DNA of 59,633 nt. Origin: a virus. Lineage: Duplodnaviria; Caudoviricetes. The translations under genes and the position numbers were made by a program. The first letter of the stretch is position 1, and every line of letters starts with the position of its first letter. The stretch spans positions 1 to 59,633 of the IMG/VR virus record IMGVR_UViG_3300030110_003038. One strand, 5' to 3'. Below the pieces are notes generated by a model. That model did not search any database, had not been told where the DNA came from, and saw only the letters and a list, made by a program, of their open reading frames with translations. Positions 15,845 through 26,912 of this stretch are shown piece after piece.

Positions 15845-18800
15845 CGCTTTTCTCTTGGAGCTCTTTTTTCTCTTGGAGCTCTTTTTTCTCTTGGAGTTCT
15901 TTTTTCTCTTGGTGCTCTTTCTCTTGAATTATCTTCTAAATCTTTTAAAAACTCAGCTCTCTTGCTTTCATCAGAATCAATTATATAATCTGAATAACCT
16001 AACGCCCTTAACCAATATCCATTTGTTGTAAGGTAATTACCAGCTTTATCTTTACCAGTAATTAATTGATTTACATTATATCCTAACTGAGTTGCTTTAG
16101 TAACAGGCACGAGAGATAGTTCGGCTATAGCTCCTGCCGCCTCTAAAGCATATTGATCTTTTTTTGGATTATCTGGTTTTGCATTAGCCCACCTATTATA
16201 TTTTCTAAATATATTTTCTAGAAATTCTTGATAAGATATACCTCTTACTTCTCCTGCATAAGGTTTGTTTTGTGCAAAATCCGCTAAAGAAGTTACAATA
16301 TCTCCCACCAAAAATAAACCATTTATATTACCTAATATAGCAGCTCTAATTAAATCATACTGATCTTCATCATCATAGTCTGTTAATAATCCTGGTAAAC
16401 CTAAAGTAGTATATTGGAATGTCATAGGCATAACAAAATGGTACAACATTAAATTTCTTATATTTTCAATAAGTGAACCCTTTCCAGCATTAGCCGCAGC
16501 AGTAAAAGGATTTTCTCCTTTAAATGTAGCTTTGGTAAATGCATCAACCTTTCTATATAATTGTCTTATAGCATATCTTTCTTTTCTTAAATATTGTTTT
16601 GGAGTTGTTTTAAACATATTTAAACTTCTCATTAAAGGATCTGAAGTTTGAAAAAAATCTTTATCTTGTAAGTCTTGTGATTGCTGGGTTCCTTTAGTGT
16701 CTTTTTCAAATCTATTTATAGCAAAATCAATAGCCTCTTGTTTAGTTGCTTTAGGATTGTTTTTTAAATACCTTTCTTTATAATACATATAATTTGGCAC
16801 ACCACCTAAATATATTGCTCCAGCATCACCAGCTCTTGAAAAGGCTAATGAGATTCCCATTAAAGTTTCTTTTCCTAACCCTGGGAGTAGGGGTGGTAAT
16901 GTAGAAGATCCTTCTGCATATGATTCTAGTGATTTTTCAAAAGAATTAGAATATCTATCTTTTAAATAAATAGAATTTTGATGTATTTCTTTTAATGCAC
17001 CAAAGACTTTGCCTGTAGCTACTCCTTTACCATAATAATACATCCAATTAGCCACGCCTATATCACCCATATAAGTGAATAAAGATAACAACTGTTTAAC
17101 TGCAATTACTGGAGATAAAGCTAGTCTTGTTCCTAAAAATATATCATTCATTGCATTAACAAAAACCGCACCTCTACCACTACTTATGCCTCTTGTAGCA
17201 ATTTTTTGAATAATTTCGTTTATTAAATAATTATAATCTTCTCCTTTGGTACTTCTTATTGCATCTTTAATTAAAGGGTTTGTAAATATTTTATTTACAT
17301 CTCGAACATTTTCAGCATAAGCAGCAAAATAATTCATATCAGTTAAATAACTATTTAAAACACTATTACCACTCATTGCACGAATAGGTTTACTCGTAGC
17401 TTGTCTTCCTAATAAAGATGAGCTTCCTACATTGGTTCTATATATATTAGATGAACCAATTAAATCTACATTGTCATTATCTTTTTCCGCTACATCTTCT
17501 CTATAAATACGTCCTCCATATAGCTTGTTCCATGGCAAATCTGTTCTATAAATTCTTTTATATACATCATTATACCTTTCATATATAGATGGAAAGAACT
17601 CATTGGTTTGCCAGTCCGCCCACTCTTTCAATTCAGGAGACATAGATTCAGTTAATTCTTTCATTATTCTATCTGCATCTGGACCAAATAATTTATTATC
17701 TGGATTTAAAAAAGATGCTCTATTAGCGGGATCCTTAAATTGGTTATATAAATAATAAGTTTGGGAGTCAGATAAAGTAATTTGTTGATTTAAACGCACT
17801 AAATTTAAATTAGATTTAGCTTTTCTTTTATTTATTACACCTTTCGCATCTTTATATTGTTGTTCTGCTTTTTCTACTGCTTTGATATCTCTGTAAATAA
17901 CCTTACCATCTTTTGTTTTTCTTCCTTCTCTTCCTATAAAGGTTAATGAAGGCTTTTCCATAGCCCTAATTTTTTGTCTTGCAATCATCTTCCTAACACG
18001 TAGGGGCACAGTTATTCCTTTTACTTTTTTAGGTCCCCCAAAAAGTTCTGTATATTTTTCTGCCATCACCCTATTATCTTCTAATTGATATTGTTTGTAA
18101 AGAATTGATGACTCATTTATTTTATCATAAACTAATTCTTGAGTTCTTCCTTCAAACATTAATCCAGGTAAATTAGATATAGCATCCATAATGTTTTGTA
18201 AACTATCTCCTCTTCTTAAAAATCCAACTGTAGAATTTTTAACTATTTTTAATATTTTTGTTAGTGCAAAACGAGTGTTTTCCTCTTCTTTTTGTTTAGA
18301 AATTTCTCTTTCTTTTAATATTTTTTTTGCTTTTTCTATAGAGTCAGGATCACTAAAATCAATTTTTTCTCCTGTAATGTCTTCATATATATACTCATTA
18401 CGAGTTCTATACCCTTGACTTGCTTCTGCAAGTTGATCGTTTAATTGACTTCTACCATCAGCTATCAAGCTTTCTAAATTTGCTACTACATTATCTAAAG
18501 CTTCTACTTTTGTTGCTTGATTTTGCCCCATATATAAAGAGTTGTTTATCTCGATGGCTAATTGATAATCTGCGGCCTCATTATTTTGTTCTTCCGTTAG
18601 CTCTATGCCATTTAATAATTGAGCTATTCTGTCTTGTAATATGCTATTTTGTTCTCCAATTCGTTCTGCTAATTTATTTTTCTTTGCTTCAAGTCTTGCT
18701 TTTCCTTTTAAATCTTTATCTATTCCTAATAATCCTTTTGCCTCTATTATTAAAACATTTTCTTTTATTCTGTCTATCCTCTTTCTAATAGTATTAGATA

Positions 18801-21800
18801 TTTTATTAGCTTTAGACTTATTATCTTCTACCTTTACATACTTATCGTATAATAATTTATCTAATTTATTTTCTAAAATTTCAACATTAATATTATTAAT
18901 CTCCTCTACAACTTCATCTACTATATTATCAATGTTTTTTTGAACTGCATTAATGTCTTTTAATTTTCGCATTAACTTTACAACTCTTGGTTTTTTTACT
19001 TTTATATCTGGTAATGATTTCCTAACAAAAGACAACAAAGCTTGTTGAATAGCATATCTATTTTTTACTCCTTTAGTTCTTTCTTTCATTGCTTTTACAG
19101 CATTGTTTATTCTTTCTCTTACATTTTGTGTGGGTCTACTTCCTAAAGCTTTTACTGTTGCGGAAACTAACAAAGTTTGTAAATCAGATTGAGTAACTTT
19201 TTCTGCTACATCAGAAACAAACTCTTTAGACTCAGCCTTTTTTATGTTTTTTACATTAGTATTTTTAAATTCAGGCTGTTCTTGTAAATAATCTAAAGTT
19301 TTATCTACAATTTCAGCTTTGCTTAATTTAGTTTTTTTGTTTTTGTTTGATTTTTCTAATGATTTAAATTTTTTCATTACCTTATTGTATAAGGCTTTCC
19401 CTTTTTTTAATCCTAAGTTTAAAAAAACTTTAGGCATAATTGGACTTACGCCTGTAAAGATATCGGCTGTTTCTATTGCACTTTTAATTTCTTGAGCTGT
19501 AGCTCCTTTAATTCTTCTTAAATAATCTAATATAGCAATATCCGATCTTCCCGCATTTCTTTCATTAATTATAATTTGTGCATTAGTTGAACTATCATCA
19601 AACTGATATCTTTGATTAGATGCATAAGGATTATAAAACCTTCCATTTTTTCTAAAAAAATATCCTGTTGGTTGATTGTAATTATATGCATTTCGATCTC
19701 TTACTCTTCCTAAGTCTACTTTAAAACCTAAGGCTTTAGCATCTTCTTTTAATTTTTTTAAATCTCTAGGTAGTAATTTGTTATAATCTATAAAACCACT
19801 ATCCTGCATTTTATAAAATCTTCCTAAAGATTTAATGTCTTTTTGATTTTTACTTTCAGTAGTATCTATTATACTTGTATCTAATGTAACAACATCAGTG
19901 CTTGTGCCAAAAGTAGGAAAAATACTTTTCTCTCTTTCGGATGTTACCTTTTGATCGGTATTAGGATCTTGAGTAATGTCATTCCATTTAGGTCTATTAG
20001 TTAAAATATTAACAATAGGTTTTTGAGATTTATCTACTGTTTCTATTGCATAAGGATATGATTCATGTTTATCGCTTTTTACCGCTTTTACCTTACTGTC
20101 TACTTCAAGCATAGCATATACTTGTCCCCCAGTGCTTCTATCTTTAAAACCATCTTTTAGTATAGGTTCAGTTAACATTTCAGACAACGCTTGTATCATA
20201 TTGGTTTTAGAAATTTTTAACTTACCTGTAGAGGTTTTTCCCTTAAAGTATTTATTCTGAATACCTTGGCTAAAAATAGTACCAAATTGTTTTACTGCTT
20301 TTGGATTATTAATAATTTCCGCAGACATTAAAGAAATAAGTGTTTCTGTAAATAACTTTCTATCTCCAAATGTACTATTGTCTGCTCCTAAAGCTGTTTT
20401 AATCTTTTTTAAATTATTTTCAAACTTATCTGTTTTCTTTAATTTTAGTTGTTTACCTAAACCTTCTTTTTCCACTACTGTGTTTGCAGCCTCTATTATA
20501 GCTTTTCGAACTATTGGTTTTTTTATTTTTAATTTTCTATCTAAAGCTACTGAGTTAAAAAAATCTAAGACTGCATTAGACATTGTTGTGCTAGATAATA
20601 ATTTACTATAAGGTGCGCTAGTTAAAGCCATGTACACTTTGCCATCATTAACCTCATAAGTTTTATTTAATATGTCTGCCATTTGTGTAGCTGCATCTTT
20701 TGTAGATGCCCAAAAATATCCATCATCATGAAATTTTAAAGTATAATATATTCCTCCTTTTCCTTCAACTAATTTTTCTCCGTCTTTAAAAATATTTCCA
20801 CTAAATGCACCATCGGGTTGATGTAAGACTACTGTTTTTCTATTAAAATCTTGAATCGATCTGTCTCTTGTAATAAAATTTTTAGCTTCTAGTAATTTAA
20901 ATTTTGCAGTATTTTTTAAATACTCAAAACTTAACCCTGATTCTTTATCTACAAAATCTGCTTGAAACCTATTATTTTCTTTTTCTATTTTTGTTTCTGA
21001 AGTAGAGTCTTTAGTTTGTTGTTTAGTGCTTTTACCTTTAGGTGTAGAAGGTTTCTTTTTAGGAGTAGATTTTATAGTTTTAGTTTTAGTTTTACTTGAC
21101 ATCTCTGATTCTATGTCTTTTAAAACCTGTATATCTTCTGCTACAATTTCTGTACCAGAGGTAACCTTACCAGCTACTACATTCATAAACTGTATAATAT
21201 CATTGTCAGATTTAGTAAACTCACTTACATATTTATCTAGTTTTAATAATTTTAAAACTTCATTAATAAATTTTCTAACCACCCCCTGTTCCTTAGGTTT
21301 TAATGTTTGAAAATTAGAAGCAATTAACCCAAATAATTCTGCAACTTTTTCTTCACTTTGTAAGTTATTATCATAATTACTCGCAAACTCATCTAAATAG
21401 GTTTCTAAGGATTTCGAATTCCCATCTTTATCTTTAATTTTCATTCTAGATAAAGCTTTAGATTTTTTAATAGTAGACAACATTTTTTTAGTTAATCCTT
21501 GGAGGTTAGCATTAACACCTAAAGTTTCGATTAATACCGCGTGAGCTACTTCATGAGCTAATGTAGTGGTAGTTGCCTTAGAGGCGTTAATATAAATTGT
21601 TTTCTTATCTACATTATAATTACCCCTTGAATCTTTACCTGTTAAAAGCTTGTAAGTTTCAGCATCCTCTACTATTTTTATTTTTACATTAGGCAATACT
21701 TTAGCTAGTGCTTTTCCTGCTTTTTTGGCAGTGTTAACGACTTTATTATATCCTGCAATAGCCTTTTCTCCTATTATTTTTTCAACACTTTGATAATTAC

Positions 21801-23937
21801 TAACATTATCTAATACTGTTTCTTCTTTTACTTTTATTTTAACGCCATCAGAAGAGGTTTCTGTTGTTTCGGTAACCTCATTTCTTTTCATAGCCGAATC
21901 TTGTTCAACAGCTTTTTCTTCTATAGCCTTCGCTTCACTTATTAACTCATCTAATTTAGTTTGTACTTGCTCTGGCGAAGGATCGACTACCCCGTCTTTT
22001 TCTAATTCAGAAAGAGCATCTTGCTCAGTAATAGTTGTTTCTTCAACTATTTCCTCTTGCGTTGTTTCCTCAACCGCATCTTGGTCGGTTTGTTCTTGCT
22101 TACTCTGATCGGTAGTTTGCCCGGTGGTGTCTCCTTTTCCCATTTTTTTGCTATCTGGGGTAAGTTTTGATACATCCAAGCTCTTTGTTTCTGACTTAAA
22201 AATGGCATCTGCTTTGGCTTTAATTTGTTTTGGAGATGGATTTTCCACCCCTTCCTTCTTTAATTCTTCTACTGCTCTTTCATCTAAAGTACCATTGTAT
22301 TTTTCAACAATAGCTTTAATTTCTTTTTTAATTTGTTTGTTTTTTAACTGATTAGATTCTAATTCTAAGTTTCCAATTTTTGATCTTTCTAACTCTAAGT
22401 CAATTAATCTTTCTTTTTCAGGACCATCAGGTACATTAGGATCAATTTCTAACGCAAAGTTTGCCCTTGCTCTTGCATCCGTAAGAATTTTTTTTCTTGC
22501 CGGATCGTTTTTAATTTCTATTCCTAGTTCAGAAGAAGCTAATTGTTCTGCATTCATGGTCTCTAACAAATTATCCACATAACCTTGTGTTACTCTTTCT
22601 CCATTAACTATATATTTAGGTACCGTTAATAACCCTCCTGTAATAGATATAGGAGCTGTAGACAATCCAGCAATACCTTCTAAGAATATATCTTTTTTAT
22701 CCATTTCTTGTCCCGCTACTAACCTTCCAAGAGCCTCACCACCTGAACCCATACCTCCTTCTATGGCTATACCCCCTGCAATACCTCCAAGTTTTTTTGC
22801 TTGAATATTTTTAACGCCTTTTGTTGTTTTACCTAAAACTCCACTTCCACCTTTTATACCGAGTTTTCCTACAGAACTTACAAAGGCTTTTGAAAAACCT
22901 AAAGACATCGCTTCAACAGCTGCAATAGTCATACCCCTAGATAAAGCTCGGTTTCTTATTTGTGTCATTGCAACAGGATCTTCTAATGTTTGTCTCACTC
23001 CCTCCACTGTCATAGGCCTACCTTGTTTTGTCATTTCTTCACCTAAAAACTCCGTAAAACTTATCCCTGTTTCTAAAGCGCCTGTAGCACCTGCTATCAT
23101 ACCAGCGGTAGCACCTGTACCCCCACCTATTTGAGAACCAATAAATGCTCCTATAGGACCACCATATGAGGTAGCTAAAGCACCTGTACCTGCACCTGCT
23201 AGATATCCTGCACCAGCACCCACTCCACCCATTGCCGCTGGAGCTGGTTGAAACATAGAAACTATTGATTGAGCTAGAACAGCGGGAGCAACACTAAAAT
23301 TATCTAATAACCCCATGCTTAATCCTTTTAAACCTCCTCCATTTTCTTCCGATATTCGACTAAACTCCTTCATCTCATCACTTTCAGGCATACTATTCAT
23401 ATAATTAACTGCTTCTATATAGTCCTCAATGTCTTGATCTGAAAGTTTTCTAGGTTTAGAGTTCATTACTCCTAAAAACTCATCTATACCTTGTCCTTGT
23501 GCTACCCCTGTTTCTCCAGCTCTCCAAATGTCTCCAAAGAAATCTGTAAATCCATTTTTACCAAAAGTTCTTTCTAATAAAGTAGGCTTTTCTTCAGTTT
23601 CTATAAAACTTTCTCGTTCAACTTGTTGAACTTGTGGTGTTACTTCTTCTTGTTGAATAGGTTGGTCTAATGAAACTCTATTATCTATAATAGGGCTGTC
23701 TTGAGAATCATCTTGTATAGAAGGGTCTAACGAAGAGTCTATAGGAGATGAAAAAAATTGATCTTGAAATTCTATAAAAGATTTAGTGTAAAGTTTGTCT
23801 TTGTTTAAAGAGTTGTATAGTTTTTTTTGTTTAGTAGAGTCACTAAACTGTTTTACAAAGTCTTCAAAACCTTTAGTATACAATTTAGACTTATAGAGCT
23901 CATCATATAATTTTCTTAAAGATTCATTTTGTGCCAT
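15841..23937 (-). CDS. Giant internal virion/ejection protein (2698 aa) with a zincin-like HExxH domain
   Basis: Last gene of the morphogenesis block; Gly/Ala hydrophobic N-terminal region; AHEVAH motif; helical C-terminus. Confidence 0.7.
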   Translation of the reverse strand: MAQNESLRKLYDELYKSKLYTKGFEDFVKQFSDSTKQKKLYNSLNKDKLYTKSFIEFQDQFFSSPIDSSLDPSIQDDSQDSPIIDNRVSLDQPIQQEEVTPQVQQVERESFIETEEKPTLLERTFGKNGFTDFFGDIWRAGETGVAQGQGIDEFLGVMNSKPRKLSDQDIEDYIEAVNYMNSMPESDEMKEFSRISEENGGGLKGLSMGLLDNFSVAPAVLAQSIVSMFQPAPAAMGGVGAGAGYLAGAGTGALATSYGGPIGAFIGSQIGGGTGATAGMIAGATGALETGISFTEFLGEEMTKQGRPMTVEGVRQTLEDPVAMTQIRNRALSRGMTIAAVEAMSLGFSKAFVSSVGKLGIKGGSGVLGKTTKGVKNIQAKKLGGIAGGIAIEGGMGSGGEALGRLVAGQEMDKKDIFLEGIAGLSTAPISITGGLLTVPKYIVNGERVTQGYVDNLLETMNAEQLASSELGIEIKNDPARKKILTDARARANFALEIDPNVPDGPEKERLIDLELERSKIGNLELESNQLKNKQIKKEIKAIVEKYNGTLDERAVEELKKEGVENPSPKQIKAKADAIFKSETKSLDVSKLTPDSKKMGKGDTTGQTTDQSKQEQTDQDAVEETTQEEIVEETTITEQDALSELEKDGVVDPSPEQVQTKLDELISEAKAIEEKAVEQDSAMKRNEVTETTETSSDGVKIKVKEETVLDNVSNYQSVEKIIGEKAIAGYNKVVNTAKKAGKALAKVLPNVKIKIVEDAETYKLLTGKDSRGNYNVDKKTIYINASKATTTTLAHEVAHAVLIETLGVNANLQGLTKKMLSTIKKSKALSRMKIKDKDGNSKSLETYLDEFASNYDNNLQSEEKVAELFGLIASNFQTLKPKEQGVVRKFINEVLKLLKLDKYVSEFTKSDNDIIQFMNVVAGKVTSGTEIVAEDIQVLKDIESEMSSKTKTKTIKSTPKKKPSTPKGKSTKQQTKDSTSETKIEKENNRFQADFVDKESGLSFEYLKNTAKFKLLEAKNFITRDRSIQDFNRKTVVLHQPDGAFSGNIFKDGEKLVEGKGGIYYTLKFHDDGYFWASTKDAATQMADILNKTYEVNDGKVYMALTSAPYSKLLSSTTMSNAVLDFFNSVALDRKLKIKKPIVRKAIIEAANTVVEKEGLGKQLKLKKTDKFENNLKKIKTALGADNSTFGDRKLFTETLISLMSAEIINNPKAVKQFGTIFSQGIQNKYFKGKTSTGKLKISKTNMIQALSEMLTEPILKDGFKDRSTGGQVYAMLEVDSKVKAVKSDKHESYPYAIETVDKSQKPIVNILTNRPKWNDITQDPNTDQKVTSEREKSIFPTFGTSTDVVTLDTSIIDTTESKNQKDIKSLGRFYKMQDSGFIDYNKLLPRDLKKLKEDAKALGFKVDLGRVRDRNAYNYNQPTGYFFRKNGRFYNPYASNQRYQFDDSSTNAQIIINERNAGRSDIAILDYLRRIKGATAQEIKSAIETADIFTGVSPIMPKVFLNLGLKKGKALYNKVMKKFKSLEKSNKNKKTKLSKAEIVDKTLDYLQEQPEFKNTNVKNIKKAESKEFVSDVAEKVTQSDLQTLLVSATVKALGSRPTQNVRERINNAVKAMKERTKGVKNRYAIQQALLSFVRKSLPDIKVKKPRVVKLMRKLKDINAVQKNIDNIVDEVVEEINNINVEILENKLDKLLYDKYVKVEDNKSKANKISNTIRKRIDRIKENVLIIEAKGLLGIDKDLKGKARLEAKKNKLAERIGEQNSILQDRIAQLLNGIELTEEQNNEAADYQLAIEINNSLYMGQNQATKVEALDNVVANLESLIADGRSQLNDQLAEASQGYRTRNEYIYEDITGEKIDFSDPDSIEKAKKILKEREISKQKEEENTRFALTKILKIVKNSTVGFLRRGDSLQNIMDAISNLPGLMFEGRTQELVYDKINESSILYKQYQLEDNRVMAEKYTELFGGPKKVKGITVPLRVRKMIARQKIRAMEKPSLTFIGREGRKTKDGKVIYRDIKAVEKAEQQYKDAKGVINKRKAKSNLNLVRLNQQITLSDSQTYYLYNQFKDPANRASFLNPDNKLFGPDADRIMKELTESMSPELKEWADWQTNEFFPSIYERYNDVYKRIYRTDLPWNKLYGGRIYREDVAEKDNDNVDLIGSSNIYRTNVGSSSLLGRQATSKPIRAMSGNSVLNSYLTDMNYFAAYAENVRDVNKIFTNPLIKDAIRSTKGEDYNYLINEIIQKIATRGISSGRGAVFVNAMNDIFLGTRLALSPVIAVKQLLSLFTYMGDIGVANWMYYYGKGVATGKVFGALKEIHQNSIYLKDRYSNSFEKSLESYAEGSSTLPPLLPGLGKETLMGISLAFSRAGDAGAIYLGGVPNYMYYKERYLKNNPKATKQEAIDFAINRFEKDTKGTQQSQDLQDKDFFQTSDPLMRSLNMFKTTPKQYLRKERYAIRQLYRKVDAFTKATFKGENPFTAAANAGKGSLIENIRNLMLYHFVMPMTFQYTTLGLPGLLTDYDDEDQYDLIRAAILGNINGLFLVGDIVTSLADFAQNKPYAGEVRGISYQEFLENIFRKYNRWANAKPDNPKKDQYALEAAGAIAELSLVPVTKATQLGYNVNQLITGKDKAGNYLTTNGYWLRALGYSDYIIDSDESKRAEFLKDLEDNSRERAPREKRTPREKRAPREKRAPREKR
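15848..15925 (-). repeat. 18-nt tandem repeat, about 4 copies, encoding R(A/T)PREK
   Basis: Unit TTTTCTCTTGGAGCTCTT on the + strand. Confidence 0.9.
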
Positions 23938-23947
23938 ATATACTCCA

Positions 23948-25993
23948 TTATAAATTGTCTAATGAACCTATTTTTCCTGTTCTTTGATTAACATTTGCTT
24001 CTGATCTAACTTTATTTCTTTCATTTAAATAAGGTAGAACAAAACCATCATAAACTCTATTCCAAGTATTTGTGTATTTATCTTCCATAATGTCAGAAAC
24101 TTTCTTTTCAAACACCACATTTCCTGTAGCTTTATCAATAACTTTATATGTTATATATGATGGATCATCTTCTCCATCTTTCTTACCTCCAGTACCATCT
24201 TTATTCATACTAGCCATATAATCAGAACTAATAGCTAAACCTTCTTTATCCATTTCATTTAATAATTCGGTTGGGAATGCTTCTTCAACAATTTTATCTA
24301 ATTTAAGCGCTATATTATCTATATTTTCATCATCAAAGGTACCTCCTGGCTCTTCATATCCCCCCATAGCAGTAACAAAGTCGTTTGCAGACTGTGTTTG
24401 AGATTTCGCATCACTCATATCATAAGGGCTCTTGGTGTATTGACCCGCTAACTTATCTCCTTCTCTAATGGTACCGAGTTGAATGTCATACTCATCTACC
24501 GCTGATTGTACTTGTGCAGCTGAGTTAAATGAATTAGCTTTATCTCCTCCCAGTTCATTGTATAATTGGAAAATTTGATTTGTTAAACCTGTGCCTTCAA
24601 AATATTCTGTTTCTACAACATCAGGTGTCGCTGGGTTATCTCCTTCTATTTTTGATCTTCTTTGTAAAGAATCAGATTTTTTACCATCCGCATAAGTAAA
24701 AGTAATTGTGTCATCTGTTAATTCATAACCTACAATTTTCTTGTCTGGATCGGTATTACCTTTGTTTCTAATTCTAATTTGCCCGTCTAATAAATCTCTA
24801 ACTTGAGTTTCGTTTCCTCCTGTTAATATTGTATTGTACTCTTTAATTATATTAGTTTTAGTATCTCTAATTTCTCTAGCCCTACCTGTATTATCTGGGT
24901 CAGGAGTAGGCCTACCACTCTTTTTAATAGTATTTCCAATTCTCACTTCAATAGCGTTTTTAGCAAGTCTTCTTGCTTCATCCATTTTATCTTTTCCTAT
25001 GTCATACTCAGGCTTACCGTCTACATAAGATACTTTTATCATTTTAGAAAAATCACATGACTTTTTATCTTCACAATATTTTTTTTTATACTCCTCCTTA
25101 TCTTGAGCTAAATTATAACCTCTAGAGGTAAGAATTTGAACCGCATCACTGTCAATAGCTACTATACCATCTACTTGCTCATTTAACCACCCATCATAAT
25201 TTTGATCTGTTCCATCTTCTTTAGTTCCAAAATCAGCATTGTTTCTAAAATCATCCTCACTAGTAACTACACCATCAAACATTGACTCTTCAATAAATGG
25301 TGCAATATTTTCAACTACAGCATCTGCTTGTTGAGATAAAATTTTCCTGTTCTCTTTAAAATTCATTCGCACATTCATATAGTTGGGGTTCATAAAAGCC
25401 CCCGGGTTGTTCTTAGGATCAGGCATAACGGTATAATTACCATTAGTATCTTTACCCATTTGTACTAATTGAATTTGACCATTAGTAGGATTAGTCCATA
25501 ATATTTTATCATTTAAATTACCAAAAGCCAACATAGACTCATTATTATATATTTCAGCATTAGATGCTACAGAATTAATACCATCTTCACCTGGTTCTAA
25601 TCTAGTTTGAGCTTCTGTAAAGTATTTATCCCAATTTTGTACAGCAGTGCTTAAGTTTTTGTATCCAGTTTTTTGTTGATTCATAAATAACTGATAATCT
25701 TGAGGGGTTATAAGGCCTCTTTTTAATAAATCAGTTTGTATCATTAAGTTTTCTTTAGACTGATTACTTCCTCTAATTAATAATGCACTAGCAGTACCAT
25801 TATTTACATCTGCAACTTCACTTAGTTTTTCTATAGTTTCATTAGTTTGTTTTTCTATAGCCGCTTTTCTAGCTCTTCTTTCACCATCTACGGTAATTAT
25901 GCCTTTAGTAATATCTGACGCTACTTTACCCCAATTGACATATTGCTCATTAGCACTTCTTTGAGAGTATAGAGAATATTTATTTTCTGCCAT
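23948..25993 (-). CDS. Putative internal virion (ejection) protein, 681 aa
   Basis: Position between the small and giant core proteins; helical N-terminus. Confidence 0.55.
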   Translation of the reverse strand: MAENKYSLYSQRSANEQYVNWGKVASDITKGIITVDGERRARKAAIEKQTNETIEKLSEVADVNNGTASALLIRGSNQSKENLMIQTDLLKRGLITPQDYQLFMNQQKTGYKNLSTAVQNWDKYFTEAQTRLEPGEDGINSVASNAEIYNNESMLAFGNLNDKILWTNPTNGQIQLVQMGKDTNGNYTVMPDPKNNPGAFMNPNYMNVRMNFKENRKILSQQADAVVENIAPFIEESMFDGVVTSEDDFRNNADFGTKEDGTDQNYDGWLNEQVDGIVAIDSDAVQILTSRGYNLAQDKEEYKKKYCEDKKSCDFSKMIKVSYVDGKPEYDIGKDKMDEARRLAKNAIEVRIGNTIKKSGRPTPDPDNTGRAREIRDTKTNIIKEYNTILTGGNETQVRDLLDGQIRIRNKGNTDPDKKIVGYELTDDTITFTYADGKKSDSLQRRSKIEGDNPATPDVVETEYFEGTGLTNQIFQLYNELGGDKANSFNSAAQVQSAVDEYDIQLGTIREGDKLAGQYTKSPYDMSDAKSQTQSANDFVTAMGGYEEPGGTFDDENIDNIALKLDKIVEEAFPTELLNEMDKEGLAISSDYMASMNKDGTGGKKDGEDDPSYITYKVIDKATGNVVFEKKVSDIMEDKYTNTWNRVYDGFVLPYLNERNKVRSEANVNQRTGKIGSLDNL

Positions 25994-25994
25994 T

Positions 25995-26912
25995 TTAATA
26001 TATTGTGCGTTTAAATAAAGAGTCTATTATCTCGGTAGGAATACCATCTTTCATAAATTCTCTATATTGTTTACCTGTATAGTTTTGTTCTAACAACTTT
26101 TCTCTTATTTCTTTTTGCTCATAAGGTCTATATAATAAATTATCTGCATACCCTGTTTCTCCTGGTTTAGCAGTAGAAACATAACCTTCTGGTGCTTTAA
26201 ATTTAGGATCAACAGCATTAACTGATAATCCCGTTGTAGGATCAATATAAGTTACATTAGTTGTGTAATCAGCCGAAGTAGGCATTTTTGCGGCTACTTC
26301 ACCTGCTAAATTAGTGGCTCTTCTGTCAGCTTGACTTTTTGCATATAATGGTGCGGCTGATCCTAATGCAGCCAACCCACCTGTTAAAGCTTGTATACCT
26401 CCTGTAACTGATTGAGTTGAAGCAGCTTGTTGATCTTGAGACATATTCATAAAATCCTGCGCTTCTCCTACTTCCATATCAACAAGATTATCTTTAATTT
26501 TTTGTGCCTCTTTGGCTTTTTCGAACTCTAATTTATATAAATCAGTCCCCATTGCCATTCTCATTGCTTCATTAGAAGCTGTTCCTAACGCACCTACTTT
26601 ACCTATTCCAGCAGCTAAACTACGAGCATCAGCCCCTTGTAAGGACTCAATAGCTTGTCTTTGTTGTGCAGTGTTTTCTCTGAAACCTCTATCATACGCT
26701 TCTAAAGGAATTTTAAGTTCATCAAACATGTTTTGTTCCATTCGAGTTTTTGCTTGTTGCATAACTCTTTTAGAATCTGCCGCAGCTTGAGATGCTTTTC
26801 TTCTTTGTTTTGCTGCTTGAGCAAAAGAAACACCCGCACCCGCTATTCCAACCCCTGCACTAGCTATTCCTGCTGCTATACCTATTGTTGCTAAAGTTCC
26901 AATTCCTGCCAT
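25995..26912 (-). CDS. Putative internal virion (ejection/pilot) protein, 305 aa
   Basis: Gly/Ala hydrophobic N-terminus followed by an A/Q-rich coiled coil, typical of T7 gp14/P22 gp7-like proteins. Confidence 0.6.
   Translation of the reverse strand: MAGIGTLATIGIAAGIASAGVGIAGAGVSFAQAAKQRRKASQAAADSKRVMQQAKTRMEQNMFDELKIPLEAYDRGFRENTAQQRQAIESLQGADARSLAAGIGKVGALGTASNEAMRMAMGTDLYKLEFEKAKEAQKIKDNLVDMEVGEAQDFMNMSQDQQAASTQSVTGGIQALTGGLAALGSAAPLYAKSQADRRATNLAGEVAAKMPTSADYTTNVTYIDPTTGLSVNAVDPKFKAPEGYVSTAKPGETGYADNLLYRPYEQKEIREKLLEQNYTGKQYREFMKDGIPTEIIDSLFKRTIY

Noticed and set aside
15841-23937. crAss-type virion RNA polymerase
   Set aside because: No DFDxD/DxDGD catalytic motif seen.
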